64,000 nucleotides of DNA from Candidatus Latescibacterota bacterium (lineage in GTDB: Bacteria > Latescibacterota > UBA2968 > UBA8231). The stretch is from NCBI GenBank assembly GCA_965208105.1, contig OZ242318.1, positions 1,600,001 to 1,664,000 on the forward strand. The letters are read 5' to 3'. The notes beneath the pieces were generated by a model that saw only the letters and a list, made by a program, of their open reading frames with translations, made no database searches and was not told where the DNA came from. This document shows positions 8,968-18,886 of the stretch, in pieces (within the stretch, counting starts at the first letter, position 1; the number at the start of each line of letters is the position of its first letter). A program made the translations under genes and the position numbers.

Positions 8968-10008
8968 TCAATCGCGCCAGAAGGCGACCCCCATGTGATA
9001 GCGCCGGTGGCCCGGGATGCGCTGGCAGTAGTAGGCGGTGAGGATGGTTCCGTCTTCCAACTGCAGGCTGGAGGGGTATCCGCCGTCGGTGCCCTGGGGA
9101 CCGGTGTTCGACTGGTAGACGTTGGTGTTGAACAGGACCCTCGGGTCGTCCCAGGTGACTCCTCCGTCGTCGCTGGTCATGGCGCAGACCCCCAGCATGC
9201 CGCGCAGGCGCACCCCGTAGGTGAGCAGGATCGATCCGTCCTGCAGCTCCAGCAGGTGGGCCGGCATGTGCCGCGCCGGCGTCACCGGACCGCGGCAGGT
9301 CCAGGTCTGCCCGCCGTCGTCGGAGGCGAAGATCTCGGTTTCGGCGGTCCTGGCGGTGCGGCTCGCGGCCAGCATCCGGCCGTCCCCCAGGGAAAGCAGG
9401 TCGGTCTCGTTGTACCTGTCCGCGCCGATGAGGCGGGCATCGCCCCAGGTGCGCCCGTCATCGTCGCTGAAGTAGACCCAGGCGCTGTCGCGGGTTTCGT
9501 CCTCCAGGTGGCCTTCCGGCGCCGAGTAGCAGGACACCGCCAGGCGGTTTCCCGGAAGCTTCACGATGTCCCCGAACGGCACGGCTCTCGTCACCCCGTC
9601 AGGATAGTTGAAGGACCCTTCCAGGGCCCAGGTCCGCCCCATGTCGGTGGAGCGGCAGACCACCGCTTCCTGGTTGCCCTTCTCCTCCTCTTCCCTGGGC
9701 CGGTCCAGCAACTGGCCCCGGGGCGGGGCGAAGCGGCGGCCGCTGCACAGGACCACGAAGGCGCCATCGTGGGTGAGACCCGCCGCCAGGTCGCCGCGGG
9801 TGCGGCCCGGCTCGTGGTGCACCGGAACGCTGAGAAAGGACCACAGCCTGCCCCCGTCCTTGCTGATCCAGCACTCGGACGACCCTTCCCACAACTGGTG
9901 GCAGGGCTCGCCGAATATGGTGGCCACGATGCTGCCGTCCGGCATTTGTGTCAGGTTTGGCCAGGCGCACTTGTTGTCAACCGCTACGTAGCGTTCGAGA
10001 ATGTCCAT
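8968..10008 (-). CDS. Sialidase-family (BNR/Asp-box) protein
   Basis: Five Asp-boxes (SKDGGRLW, STDMGRTW, SDDDGRTW, SDDGGQTW, SDDGGVTW) and GYPSS. No signal peptide. Confidence 0.8.
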   Translation of the reverse strand: MDILERYVAVDNKCAWPNLTQMPDGSIVATIFGEPCHQLWEGSSECWISKDGGRLWSFLSVPVHHEPGRTRGDLAAGLTHDGAFVVLCSGRRFAPPRGQLLDRPREEEEKGNQEAVVCRSTDMGRTWALEGSFNYPDGVTRAVPFGDIVKLPGNRLAVSCYSAPEGHLEDETRDSAWVYFSDDDGRTWGDARLIGADRYNETDLLSLGDGRMLAASRTARTAETEIFASDDGGQTWTCRGPVTPARHMPAHLLELQDGSILLTYGVRLRGMLGVCAMTSDDGGVTWDDPRVLFNTNVYQSNTGPQGTDGGYPSSLQLEDGTILTAYYCQRIPGHRRYHMGVAFWRD

Positions 10009-10049
10009 CTCTGCTCCTTCGCTTTAGGGGGAGGGGAGACCGTCAAGAA

Positions 10050-10326
10050 TAACCTGAAGAAACAATAGGCCGCTTCAGGGATTCCATGTCAAGATACTTT
10101 TGTAATGGGCACATTGTAATCGTTTTTCTGAAAAACACCGTTTCTTAACTGTTTTTCTTGGGTTTCAACCATTTTTTCGGAAATAAGTAGAAATTTAATC
10201 TTTTTATTCTGGTTTAGCCCTTTTTCTTCATTTTTCCATATGCAATCCCATAAGTAACTGTTTATTTCATAAAATCCGATTTTTAACTATATTTACAGTG
10301 AAATAACGATTTTATGAGATAGGTCC
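10050..10326. other. Strongly AT-rich intergenic segment (divergent promoter region or edge of a foreign insert)
   Basis: Runs of T/A contrast sharply with the GC-rich flanks. Confidence 0.6.
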
Positions 10327-11838
10327 ATGGAAACAAACGTTTCAGAAATACGGCCCTCGGGATACGCCTGGCTGCTGAGCAGATTCGGGTTGACCGCGAT
10401 GCCTGATCCCCACCGTTCCTCGGTCTCTACAACCGGCGGCCGCCAACAGAAAGTGCAGGGAGGTCACGTCGAAGATATTTACCCTCCCCAGTACTGGCCC
10501 GGTGAAAAAGTCGGGGATCACCTCGAGTTTGCCCTGAAATACGATGGCGTAAGCATGAATTCAATGAAGGTTATTTTCGAGGCCGCGGCGGAAACCGAGA
10601 TTGTGAACTACGTAAAATCCAAACCAACGGGGAAGTATGCCCGGCGAATATGGTTTTTTTATGAGTTTTTAACCGGTCGCAGGCTTCCCATCGAGGATCT
10701 ATCCAGGGGAAATTACCTGGAAGCGCTCGAGCCGGACCTCTACTACACTGTTGCTCGAGGAAGAAGATCCCGGAGACACCGCATCATCGACAACCTGCTC
10801 GGAACCGGAGAGTTCTGCCCTGTTGTCAGAAAAACCGACAAGCTCAAAAAAATGGACCCGGCCAGCTTGCAGAACAGATGCGAAGAGATAATCCAGTCCT
10901 ATCCTCCGCAACTGCTCAGAGGAGCGATAAGCTATCTCTACAACAAAGAAACCAAATCTTCCTTCGAGATAGAGAACATCAAACCCGACGCGGCGCGAAC
11001 TGAAAAATTCATAGCATATTTGACAATGGCGCGACAGCAGGATTTCTGCGCCAAGGAGTTGTTGATTGAACTGCAGAACCACATTGTCGATCCACGCTTC
11101 GCGAACCAGGACTACCGCACCATACAAAACTATGTAGGCCAGACGGTTTCTTACCAAAATGAACTCATTCACTATGTCTGCCCCAAGCCGGAAGATCTTC
11201 CCGGCCTCATGCAGGGACTCCTGACCACTCATCAGCTGATGATGGCCGGAGGCGTCTCTGCGATAATTCACGCGGCTGTGATAGCCTACGGTTTTGTTTT
11301 CATCCACCCGTTTGAAGACGCCAATGGTCGAATCCACAGGTTTCTAATCCACAACATTTTCTCAATTCGAGGCCTGGTCCCCGAAGACCTGATGTTTCCC
11401 GTTTCTGCCGCAATGCTCAACAATCCGGAAGATTACAACGACTCCCTCGAGGCGTTTTCGCTTCCGCTGACGCAACTGGTGAAATACAGTTTGGATGAAC
11501 TTGCCCGGATGACCGTCCACAACGACACCGCGCACTGGTATCGCTATATCGATATGACCGCACAGGCCGAGGCATTATGTGATTTTGTCACTCAAACCAT
11601 TGAAAATGAACTGGTAGAGGAGCTGTCCTTCCTTGCAAATTATGACGGCGCAAAAAAAACGATTCAGGACGTTATCGATATGCCTGACCGTCTGATAGAC
11701 CTGTTTATCCGAATTTGCCTCGAAAACAACGGAACGCTGTCCGCAAGCAAAAGAAAATCCCAGTTCGATTTTCTCAGTGACGATGAACTTTTATCAATGG
11801 AAAACGCCGTCAGAGAAAATTACTGGCGGTCATCCTGA
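10327..11838 (+). CDS. Fic family protein (large, with N-terminal extension)
   Basis: Fic motif HPFEDANGRIHR; HLEFALKYDG and KPTGKYARRIWFFYE N-terminal block; visibly lower GC. Confidence 0.9.
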   Translation: METNVSEIRPSGYAWLLSRFGLTAMPDPHRSSVSTTGGRQQKVQGGHVEDIYPPQYWPGEKVGDHLEFALKYDGVSMNSMKVIFEAAAETEIVNYVKSKPTGKYARRIWFFYEFLTGRRLPIEDLSRGNYLEALEPDLYYTVARGRRSRRHRIIDNLLGTGEFCPVVRKTDKLKKMDPASLQNRCEEIIQSYPPQLLRGAISYLYNKETKSSFEIENIKPDAARTEKFIAYLTMARQQDFCAKELLIELQNHIVDPRFANQDYRTIQNYVGQTVSYQNELIHYVCPKPEDLPGLMQGLLTTHQLMMAGGVSAIIHAAVIAYGFVFIHPFEDANGRIHRFLIHNIFSIRGLVPEDLMFPVSAAMLNNPEDYNDSLEAFSLPLTQLVKYSLDELARMTVHNDTAHWYRYIDMTAQAEALCDFVTQTIENELVEELSFLANYDGAKKTIQDVIDMPDRLIDLFIRICLENNGTLSASKRKSQFDFLSDDELLSMENAVRENYWRSS

Positions 11839-11951
11839 ACAGGAACACGGACAACCGGTCACACGGCGATGATTCCCTTATCCCCCAGGTTGCCATTCTC
11901 CTCCACCAATAACGCGGAGACCCCGGCAACCGGCGCACCGGGCTTCAGCGC

Positions 11952-12896
11952 ATGAAGACCGACCTGCGCTGCTCCCTCTACGTGCTGGCCTCGGCCGCGG
12001 CCGCGGCCGGCGGCCTACTGTTTACCGAGATCGCCATCAACTTCTACGCGGCCACAACCCTGCAGATCGCCTTCCTGGCCAACATCATCGGCGGCATCTT
12101 CCTGCTCCTTCCCTGCATCCGCGGCAGCCGGCCGTGGCAGGGCTGGCCCCTGCGCGATTGGCTGCGCTTCGCGGTCTCCGCGGTGACGATCTACGCGGCC
12201 GGGTTCGTTCTGCTCTACGCCGCCATCTCCCACGTCGGCGCCAGCAAGGTCATCCTCCTCGGCCGCGTCGAGGCCATCTTCGTCGTCGCTCTCGCGGTGA
12301 TCTTTCTCGGGGAACGCTGGTCCGCCCGCCACTGGTTCGCCACCTTCCTGGCCCTGGCCGGAGCCACCCTGATCAGCTTCGATCCCGCGGTCCTGCAACT
12401 GGCCTTCTCCTGGGGAGACGGGCTCACCCTGCTCTCCTCTCTGGTGGTGGCCGCCGGCATCGTCATCCTGAAGCCCCTCGTGGTGCGCCGCGACCCCCAG
12501 TTCGCCACCGGCCTCGGGCTGCTCGCCGGGGCCGTCTGCCTGGGGCCGTTCCTCCTCCTCGGGATGGGGAAGCCGGAGATCTCGATCCTGGCGGCAGGGC
12601 CTCTCCTGATGGTCCTGATGGTAATCCGCGGCATCCTGCTGGGGCTGTCCTGGGCGGCCTACAACGCCGCCATGAGGCATATCGGCGCATCCCGCTGCGC
12701 TGTGCTCTTCCTGTCGGTGTCCTTCCTCACCGTGGCCCTGCAGGTGCTGGTGGACGCCATCGCCCCCGGCCTCGGCCTGCGGATTCCGGTCAACCTGGAG
12801 ACGGCGGTCGCCGGCGGCGCAGTCATCTCGGTGGCTGTGGCCCTGGTCCAGGTCCAGCGCCATCCCGGGGGAGGCTCGGCCCGCCGAATGAACTGA
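11952..12896 (+). CDS. DMT/EamA family transporter
   Basis: About 10 TM helices in two repeats; AVIFLGERW, AMRHIGASR. Confidence 0.85.
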   Translation: MKTDLRCSLYVLASAAAAAGGLLFTEIAINFYAATTLQIAFLANIIGGIFLLLPCIRGSRPWQGWPLRDWLRFAVSAVTIYAAGFVLLYAAISHVGASKVILLGRVEAIFVVALAVIFLGERWSARHWFATFLALAGATLISFDPAVLQLAFSWGDGLTLLSSLVVAAGIVILKPLVVRRDPQFATGLGLLAGAVCLGPFLLLGMGKPEISILAAGPLLMVLMVIRGILLGLSWAAYNAAMRHIGASRCAVLFLSVSFLTVALQVLVDAIAPGLGLRIPVNLETAVAGGAVISVAVALVQVQRHPGGGSARRMN

Positions 12897-13058
12897 GGGC
12901 GCCCTCGGCGGACTCCGCCACCGGGAAACGCCCCGGGGATTCCTCTCCCGACATCCGCCTCCAGGAGGCCGGTGTCGGTTTGTCGCGCCAAAACCGATGA
13001 TCTAAATTTTCTCGAGGACGAGTAGTCCAACTTCGACCATTGGTCAGGAGAGGATAAC

Positions 13059-14225
13059 GTGAAATACAGGGATGCAATATCGGCACTAATTTTTTGCCTG
13101 GGATTCACCATTGCCGGTCCCGTGCCGCAAGGGCATGCCGAGACCAACCTGGACGGACAAGTCAGCCGCGAAGCACAGCGGGAGGGCAGATGGAAAATGG
13201 TTACCTCCGCGACCATGTACGGATTCTACCTGTACGGTCCGGGAACAGCCCGTTTGCTCGATATCGATTCAGCGCAGCAGATAGTCGGACTGGAGATGCT
13301 GATAGGCGGCGGCTCCTTTTTCTACTCGCTCAAGGCCACGAAAAACTACCGCCTGGGCGCCGGCCGCACCCAGCTGATTCTCGGGGGAAGTCTGGCCGGG
13401 ACCCTGTACGGATTTGGCCTACCCGTGTTCTTCGAAGAGGAAGACGACAGGCCGTATCTTGCCGCGGCGATGATCGCTACCCCGGCAGGCGGACTGCTAG
13501 CTCACAGGCTCAGTGCGCACCGGTGGTTCGAGAAGGGGGAAAGCGACCTGATCGTCAACGGTGGATTGGTCGGGGCGTTGTACGGAGTCGCCATTCCCTA
13601 CCTCGCCGACATAGAAGACTCGCGTGAATGGGCCCAGGCCAAAATCTATGTTGCCTCCGCGATGGCAGGTGCGCCGGCCGGGGTCTGGGCCACGACGAGA
13701 TTGATTCGCGGCAGACCGATCAACCAGGGGCGTGCCCATCTTCTCTCCCTGGGGGCCGTCGTCGGCGCCTCCTACGCAAGCGGCATCCTCAGCCTGGCGG
13801 ACGTGGAGGCCCCCCGAGCCCACGTACTCGCGGTCATGCTCGGCTTGCCGGCGGGCACCTGTTTCTCCTACCGGTGGACGGGTGCGGAGGAATATCCGAT
13901 CAAGCGGGCGAGATTGATTTCCCTGGGCGCCCTGGTTGGCAGCCTGTTCGGCTCCGGGGTTGCCCTGGTTGCCGAGGCCGAAGACCACAAACCTTACGTC
14001 CTGGCAAACATAATCGGATCGGCCGCGGGGATCTGGTACGCCCACGGTTTCTCCCGGGACAGCGACGGGACATCCGCCGCAGGCAACAACCGGAGTTCCA
14101 TTGCAGACAGGATCACCGTTTCCCTGCCCTCGCTCGGCCACTGGTTCACCATGGGCCTGATGATGCTCGACCAGCGGTCTCCCGGCGGGGGGACACCGGT
14201 GGAGTTGGTGCGCGTCTCGTTCTGA
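13059..14225 (+). CDS. Hypothetical secreted/membrane protein with Gly-rich hydrophobic repeats
   Basis: Signal peptide; four ~60-aa repeats (e.g. GRTQLILGGSLAGTLYG, GRAHLLSLGAVVGASYA); ends VELVRVSF; RBS ggagagga. Confidence 0.65.
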   Translation: MKYRDAISALIFCLGFTIAGPVPQGHAETNLDGQVSREAQREGRWKMVTSATMYGFYLYGPGTARLLDIDSAQQIVGLEMLIGGGSFFYSLKATKNYRLGAGRTQLILGGSLAGTLYGFGLPVFFEEEDDRPYLAAAMIATPAGGLLAHRLSAHRWFEKGESDLIVNGGLVGALYGVAIPYLADIEDSREWAQAKIYVASAMAGAPAGVWATTRLIRGRPINQGRAHLLSLGAVVGASYASGILSLADVEAPRAHVLAVMLGLPAGTCFSYRWTGAEEYPIKRARLISLGALVGSLFGSGVALVAEAEDHKPYVLANIIGSAAGIWYAHGFSRDSDGTSAAGNNRSSIADRITVSLPSLGHWFTMGLMMLDQRSPGGGTPVELVRVSF

Positions 14226-14340
14226 GCGGATCGGTTAGGAGCAGCGCGGGCATCCCGGCCCCGGTCCGGCTGCCGGTGGTCCACCGCTCTTTATCCCGGG
14301 AAAAGGAAGCGGAGCCGGACCGTCCTCCTACTCTCCGGGT

Positions 14341-16287
14341 TCACCTTTGCAAATATCGATCGAACCACTCCAGGTTGCGTCGCGCAAAGTCGAGCAGCAG
14401 CTTGGGCTCGGTCAGGCCATGGGGGGTGCGCGGGTAGACGACCATTTTAACCGGCACGCCTCGCCGCTTGAGGGCGCGGTAGAATTCATACCCCTGGGAA
14501 ATCGGCACCACGCTGTCATCCTCGGAATGCTGGATCAGGGTCGGCGTCGAAACCTCCTGGACGTGGAATATGGGCGAGCGCGCCAGGTAGATGTCCAGGT
14601 CGTCCCAGAACTCGGCGCCGAGATAGTCGGTGATGCAGGTCGGGATATCCGATGTGCCGGCGTCGCTCACCAGGTTGACCGGGCCCGCTCCCACCGAAGC
14701 CGCCTTGAAACGCCTGGTCCGCGTGATGGTCCACGCGGTCAGGTACCCGCCGTAGCTCCATCCCATCACACCCAGGCGCGTCGGGTCCGCCACACCCATT
14801 TCGATGGCGAAGTCCACCCCCTTCATGAGGTCCTCGTAGTCCCCGCCGCCCCAATCCCGGTAGTTGGCCTCGATGAACTTCCTGCCGTAACCGGACGAGC
14901 CTCGAACGTTGCAGCGCAAGACCGCGTAACCGCGGGCGGCGAAAGCGGCGATGGGATAAGGATTGTCAGGGTCGAGACCGGTGGTGAAGGTCCGGGTGAA
15001 CATGTCCATGGGTCCGCCGTGGACGATGAGCAGGAGCGGGTAGCGCTTTCCCGGTTCGCACCCCGCCGGATAGGTGAGCAACCCTTCGATTTCCAGACCA
15101 TCCGACGACTGGTAGCGGATGACCTCGGTGCGGTTCGAAGGAATGGCGGCCATGTGGCCGTTGACGCGGCTGATCTGCACCGGCTTGAAGCGGTCGAGGG
15201 AGGTGACGTACACCTCCGCGGGCCGGGTGGTACCCTGGGCGACGAAACCCACCATCGACCGGGATGGATTCAGGCTGGCGGAGGAAATCACCATGTCCAC
15301 CCGGTCCAGTTGCCGCGGCGGGCCGCCCTCGAGGGAGACGGCGAAAAGTCCGGTGGCGGTGCCGCGGGAATCGCTGTAGTACAGCGCGCGGCTGTCGACG
15401 GACCAACCGACCAGCTCGGGCCATCTTTCAAAGGTCTCCGCCAGGAGATGGTGGCCTCCACCGGCGGCGGGCGCGACGAACACGTCGGGCGTCGATGCCC
15501 AACTAAGCGGTCCGGTGCCAGCCTGGAACGCCAGCCAGCGCCCGTCAGGTGAATAGAGCGGCGAGCCCGAACCCTTCACCGGAAGCAGCGATTGAATCTC
15601 TCCGGTCTCCACCTCCACAACCGCGATCTCGGCCGAGGACCAGTCGTCGGTCCGCGGAGTCGGGGTGCGGGTGAACGCGATCCTTCTCCCATCGGGAGAC
15701 CAATCGAACATCCGACCGCCGAAGCAACTGCCCACGTTGAAATCTCCGCCCGTAAGCGGCCGGGACCGATCCCCTCCGCTGCCCTCATCTTCCACGGAGA
15801 TTAGCCACAATCGGTTCATCCTGAAGTTCTCGTCCACCACCCTGGCGTCGTCCTTCTCCTTCGCCGCCCGCCTCTCGGAGGGCGCAGGCGCATCGGGCAT
15901 GACGAAGGCGATCCACTTTCCGTCGGGCGACCACCTGAAAGAACCCACCTCCGTCTCGACGTGGGTCAACTGCCGGACCTCCTCGCTATCGGTGTGAAGC
16001 AGAAATAGGTTGGTACTCCCGGACCGGCTAGAGGTGAATCCTATCCACACTCCCTCCGGGGACCATTGCGGATTCCCGCAGGAGCTGTCGCCGAAGGTGC
16101 GCTGAACAACACCTGTGCCGCCGTCGCTGGAATAGATATGGGTGAGGTATTCGCTCTTGTCCGAGGTCATCACCGGCCGGGTCACGGTGAAGACCACCTG
16201 GCGTCCGTCGGGCGCAGGGTGGACATCGCCTACCGCCCAGACCTGGATCAGCTCGTCAAGAGAGGGAGTTGCGGGCATTCGGCGCAC
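14341..16287 (-). CDS. S9 family peptidase (acylaminoacyl/dipeptidyl aminopeptidase)
   Basis: PD40-like WSPDG repeats, VHGGP, GWSYGG nucleophile, HSEDD, YPRTPHG. Confidence 0.92.
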   Translation of the reverse strand: MRRMPATPSLDELIQVWAVGDVHPAPDGRQVVFTVTRPVMTSDKSEYLTHIYSSDGGTGVVQRTFGDSSCGNPQWSPEGVWIGFTSSRSGSTNLFLLHTDSEEVRQLTHVETEVGSFRWSPDGKWIAFVMPDAPAPSERRAAKEKDDARVVDENFRMNRLWLISVEDEGSGGDRSRPLTGGDFNVGSCFGGRMFDWSPDGRRIAFTRTPTPRTDDWSSAEIAVVEVETGEIQSLLPVKGSGSPLYSPDGRWLAFQAGTGPLSWASTPDVFVAPAAGGGHHLLAETFERWPELVGWSVDSRALYYSDSRGTATGLFAVSLEGGPPRQLDRVDMVISSASLNPSRSMVGFVAQGTTRPAEVYVTSLDRFKPVQISRVNGHMAAIPSNRTEVIRYQSSDGLEIEGLLTYPAGCEPGKRYPLLLIVHGGPMDMFTRTFTTGLDPDNPYPIAAFAARGYAVLRCNVRGSSGYGRKFIEANYRDWGGGDYEDLMKGVDFAIEMGVADPTRLGVMGWSYGGYLTAWTITRTRRFKAASVGAGPVNLVSDAGTSDIPTCITDYLGAEFWDDLDIYLARSPIFHVQEVSTPTLIQHSEDDSVVPISQGYEFYRALKRRGVPVKMVVYPRTPHGLTEPKLLLDFARRNLEWFDRYLQR

Positions 16288-16420
16288 CTAAATGGGAGTG
16301 GAGTGAGATGCGGCTCGACGGGGCCTACCTTCGTCACCGGCCGGTCGGTTGCCGTGGAAGGTTCGTCAGGTCAAATTGTGTCGGCGAATCTTCTGAAATG
16401 AGGGTCGGACGGGCAAATGC

Positions 16421-16915
16421 TCATCCCGAGTGCTCGCCGCCGCTCTCGCCACCCTCGCCTCCGCCCGAGTGCTCACCTCCGCCCTCGGCTTCACCGGAGT
16501 GCTCACCGCCTTCGCCGGAGTGCTCTCCCCCGCTGCCGCCTCCCCCAACTTCCGGATGCGCGCTCCAGGTGACGAAGGGTTCGCTCGTGGCCTCCAGGGT
16601 AATCGCAATGGTCTGGCCGGGCGCCAGGTCCACCGGCGGCGTCGGGCCCAGCTCCGTTCCATTCGACAGGTGAACTTCCACCCGGACCTGCGGCAGCGTC
16701 TCCGAGGTCGTGTTCTCCACCGTGCCGGTGAAGCTGTTGGTCTCCGAGTCGTACGACAGGATGAGCCGCGCCCCGGAGCGGGTGTGGTCATAGGTCTCGC
16801 CGATTCCGAACTGCTGGGCCGACTCCTCGTCGCTTTCGGTCGAGGCGGAGGGATTGTCATCTGAACAGGCAGCCAACGAGGCAGCCGCAACGCAGAAAAA
16901 GAAGAAGAGTTTCAC
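16421..16915 (-). CDS. Lipoprotein with Ig-like (FxLYD-like) domain and C-terminal GEHS repeats
   Basis: Lipobox LAAC; GTVENTT..TL..VRVEVHLSNG.ELG....DLAPG; tail with four GEHS units. Confidence 0.7.
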   Translation of the reverse strand: MKLFFFFCVAAASLAACSDDNPSASTESDEESAQQFGIGETYDHTRSGARLILSYDSETNSFTGTVENTTSETLPQVRVEVHLSNGTELGPTPPVDLAPGQTIAITLEATSEPFVTWSAHPEVGGGGSGGEHSGEGGEHSGEAEGGGEHSGGGEGGESGGEHSG

Positions 16916-16996
16916 CGTAATTCCTTTCCAGAATGGGGTGATGGTCTCCGGCCTGGCAAAGTCACACTAAAGAATCGAGCCGCGGACTCTAAGCCC

Positions 16997-17674
16997 TCAT
17001 TGACGCTTTCGATTAGAAGATGTTTTCCTTGAATCGTCCAGTTGTTCTTCGACGATTTCACTACCCCGCGCGGCGATGCGCATGGCGACCCGCGGGACCC
17101 AGTTGCGCGGGCGGCCCAGCAAGGGGCCGCGGACGACCTCGAAGCCGGCGCGGCGGAACAGCGGTTCGGTGCCGAAGTAGACGTTGTCGTCCCTGCTGCG
17201 TTCTCCGCCGCTACGGGGATAAGCCTCCACCGCGGGCGCGCCATGTTCTTTGGCGAATGCCACCGCGGCGCGAATGAGGGCGAGGGCGATGCCGCGGCCG
17301 CGCCGGCCCTTGCGCACCGTAACGCAGGGAATCACCCAGACGGGATCGGCGTCCACCGGGGGTGTGGCGCGGGAGCGGACGATCCGCGTCAGTTCGCTCC
17401 GGGGAGCCACCGCGATCCAGCCGACCGCCTCGCCGCTCTCATAGGCCAGCAGACCCGGGGCGCGGCGGGCGCCGGCAAGGCGGGTCATCGCCTCCCGGCG
17501 GCGCGGACCCAATGGCCCGGAGCCGGGCAACTGACGCGTCTGCGCCTCGGTCAGGCGCGGAAACATGCACCAGCAGCCGGCGCCCCAGCTCCCCCGCAGG
17601 ACGACCCCCAGATCGTCGATGAGCTCCGGCGTCAATGGTCTGAATTCAATGGTGCCGCATGCTTTGTCGGACAA
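16997..17674 (-). CDS. GNAT family N-acetyltransferase
   Basis: CWCM, GLLAY..GEAVGWIAV, acetyl-CoA motif RRGRGIA.ALI, VEAYP, FRRAGFE. Confidence 0.85.
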   Translation of the reverse strand: MSDKACGTIEFRPLTPELIDDLGVVLRGSWGAGCWCMFPRLTEAQTRQLPGSGPLGPRRREAMTRLAGARRAPGLLAYESGEAVGWIAVAPRSELTRIVRSRATPPVDADPVWVIPCVTVRKGRRGRGIALALIRAAVAFAKEHGAPAVEAYPRSGGERSRDDNVYFGTEPLFRRAGFEVVRGPLLGRPRNWVPRVAMRIAARGSEIVEEQLDDSRKTSSNRKRQ

Positions 17675-17830
17675 GTGTCGCTCCTCGAGGGTATTGCAAC
17701 GTGGACGCGGCAGGGTCGCGCCACGATACCGAGGTAGGAAAATAATCGCTTCCCGAGGGTGTTGGGATGCCGCTCCCGGCAGGAGGCCGGGGCAGCCTGC
17801 GGGAGAACGCCCGGACGCGGTCCAGGGCGC

Positions 17831-18499
17831 TCAGCTGGCGCTCGGCTGCGAAACCCCAATGAGGCTGTCGCGGGTGACGAGCCGCGCCAGCTCCTCCTCG
17901 CTCATGCCTTCGGTCCCCGGCGGCCGCATGGGCAGGACCAGGTAGCGCATGTCGGCGGTGCTGTCGTGGACGCGGATCTCCATCTCCTCGGCGATTTCGG
18001 TCCCGAACTCGGCCAGCACGGCGCGAGGCTCGCGCACCGCGCGGCTGCGGTAGCTGCGCGACTTGTACCAGTCCGGCGGCGGTCCGAGCAGGAAGCGCGG
18101 ATAGCACGAACACAGGGTGCACACCACCAGGTTGTGAGCACGGGGGGTGTTTTCCATCACCAGGACCGGAAACTGTCCGGTGTCAATTCCAAGATCCGCC
18201 GCGGCCTTCGCCGAATCGGCAAGGAGCCGCCGGCGAAAACCGTCATCGACCCATGCCCGGGCGACCAGCCGCGCCCCCTGGACGAGGCTGAGGGAGTCCA
18301 TGCGCTCGACCTGGGCGCGCATGTCGGCGGCCGAGACTATTCCCTTCTCGATGAGGAGGCCAGTCACCGCCATCAGCATCACCTGATGGTGGGACAGGGG
18401 GGTGTCCTCCAGGTCCGGCTGGGGAGGATGGCGATGGTCCTCATCCACCTTGTCTCCATGCCCTTTATGGTGTCCGCCTTGGTGTGCCAATTCTCTCAT
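17831..18499 (-). CDS. Cobalt-type nitrile hydratase alpha / thiocyanate hydrolase gamma-like subunit
   Basis: Metal motif VCTLCSCY, GARLVARAW, VREPRAVLAEFG, DSTADMRYLVLPMRP. ATG overlaps the upstream stop (ATGA). Confidence 0.93.
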   Translation of the reverse strand: MRELAHQGGHHKGHGDKVDEDHRHPPQPDLEDTPLSHHQVMLMAVTGLLIEKGIVSAADMRAQVERMDSLSLVQGARLVARAWVDDGFRRRLLADSAKAAADLGIDTGQFPVLVMENTPRAHNLVVCTLCSCYPRFLLGPPPDWYKSRSYRSRAVREPRAVLAEFGTEIAEEMEIRVHDSTADMRYLVLPMRPPGTEGMSEEELARLVTRDSLIGVSQPSAS

Positions 18500-18795
18500 T
18501 CCCTTTCTTCCGGCGCCGGCGCAAGCCAGTGCTCGTAGATCTCGATCTCCACTCGGTCCCCGTCGCTTCCCTTGTAGTCCGGCCACAGCGCACGGCTGGG
18601 GAAGCTGACCCGGTACAGCACCTGGTCCTCCGCGTCCCGCTTGCCGTAGGCGAGCTGCTCGGGATTGGGGAAGCTGCCGCAGACCCTTTCCACTTTCCCG
18701 GACTTGCCGCGGCAGTACCACGGGGTGCGGACGTGGCCGGGCGGAAAGCGAGGCCGCACCCGCACCCGGTCGCCCGGCGCGAATCTTGGCTTCAT
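18496..18795 (-). CDS. Nitrile hydratase beta C-terminal (SH3-like) half / ScnA-like subunit
   Basis: FAPGDRVRV, GHVRTPWYCRGKSG, LYRVSF...LW, EIYEHWL; own GGAGG RBS. Confidence 0.9.
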   Translation of the reverse strand: MKPRFAPGDRVRVRPRFPPGHVRTPWYCRGKSGKVERVCGSFPNPEQLAYGKRDAEDQVLYRVSFPSRALWPDYKGSDGDRVEIEIYEHWLAPAPEERE

Positions 18796-18886
18796 GTCCC
18801 ATCAGCCTCCCGGGGAAAATCGTCTCGCCACGGCAGTGTTCCAGTAGCGAAGATCGGCTCAATTCCTTTGCCCGAAGTCAGCGCGG

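Noticed and set aside
16424-16545. Short DNA repeats (gagtgctc) as a CRISPR-like array
   Set aside because: They are coding repeats for GEHS units; no spacer structure and no cas genes.
18796-18886. Frameshifted or pseudogenised single NHase beta gene
   Set aside because: Both halves end or start cleanly, the C-half has its own RBS, and split-beta enzymes are known.
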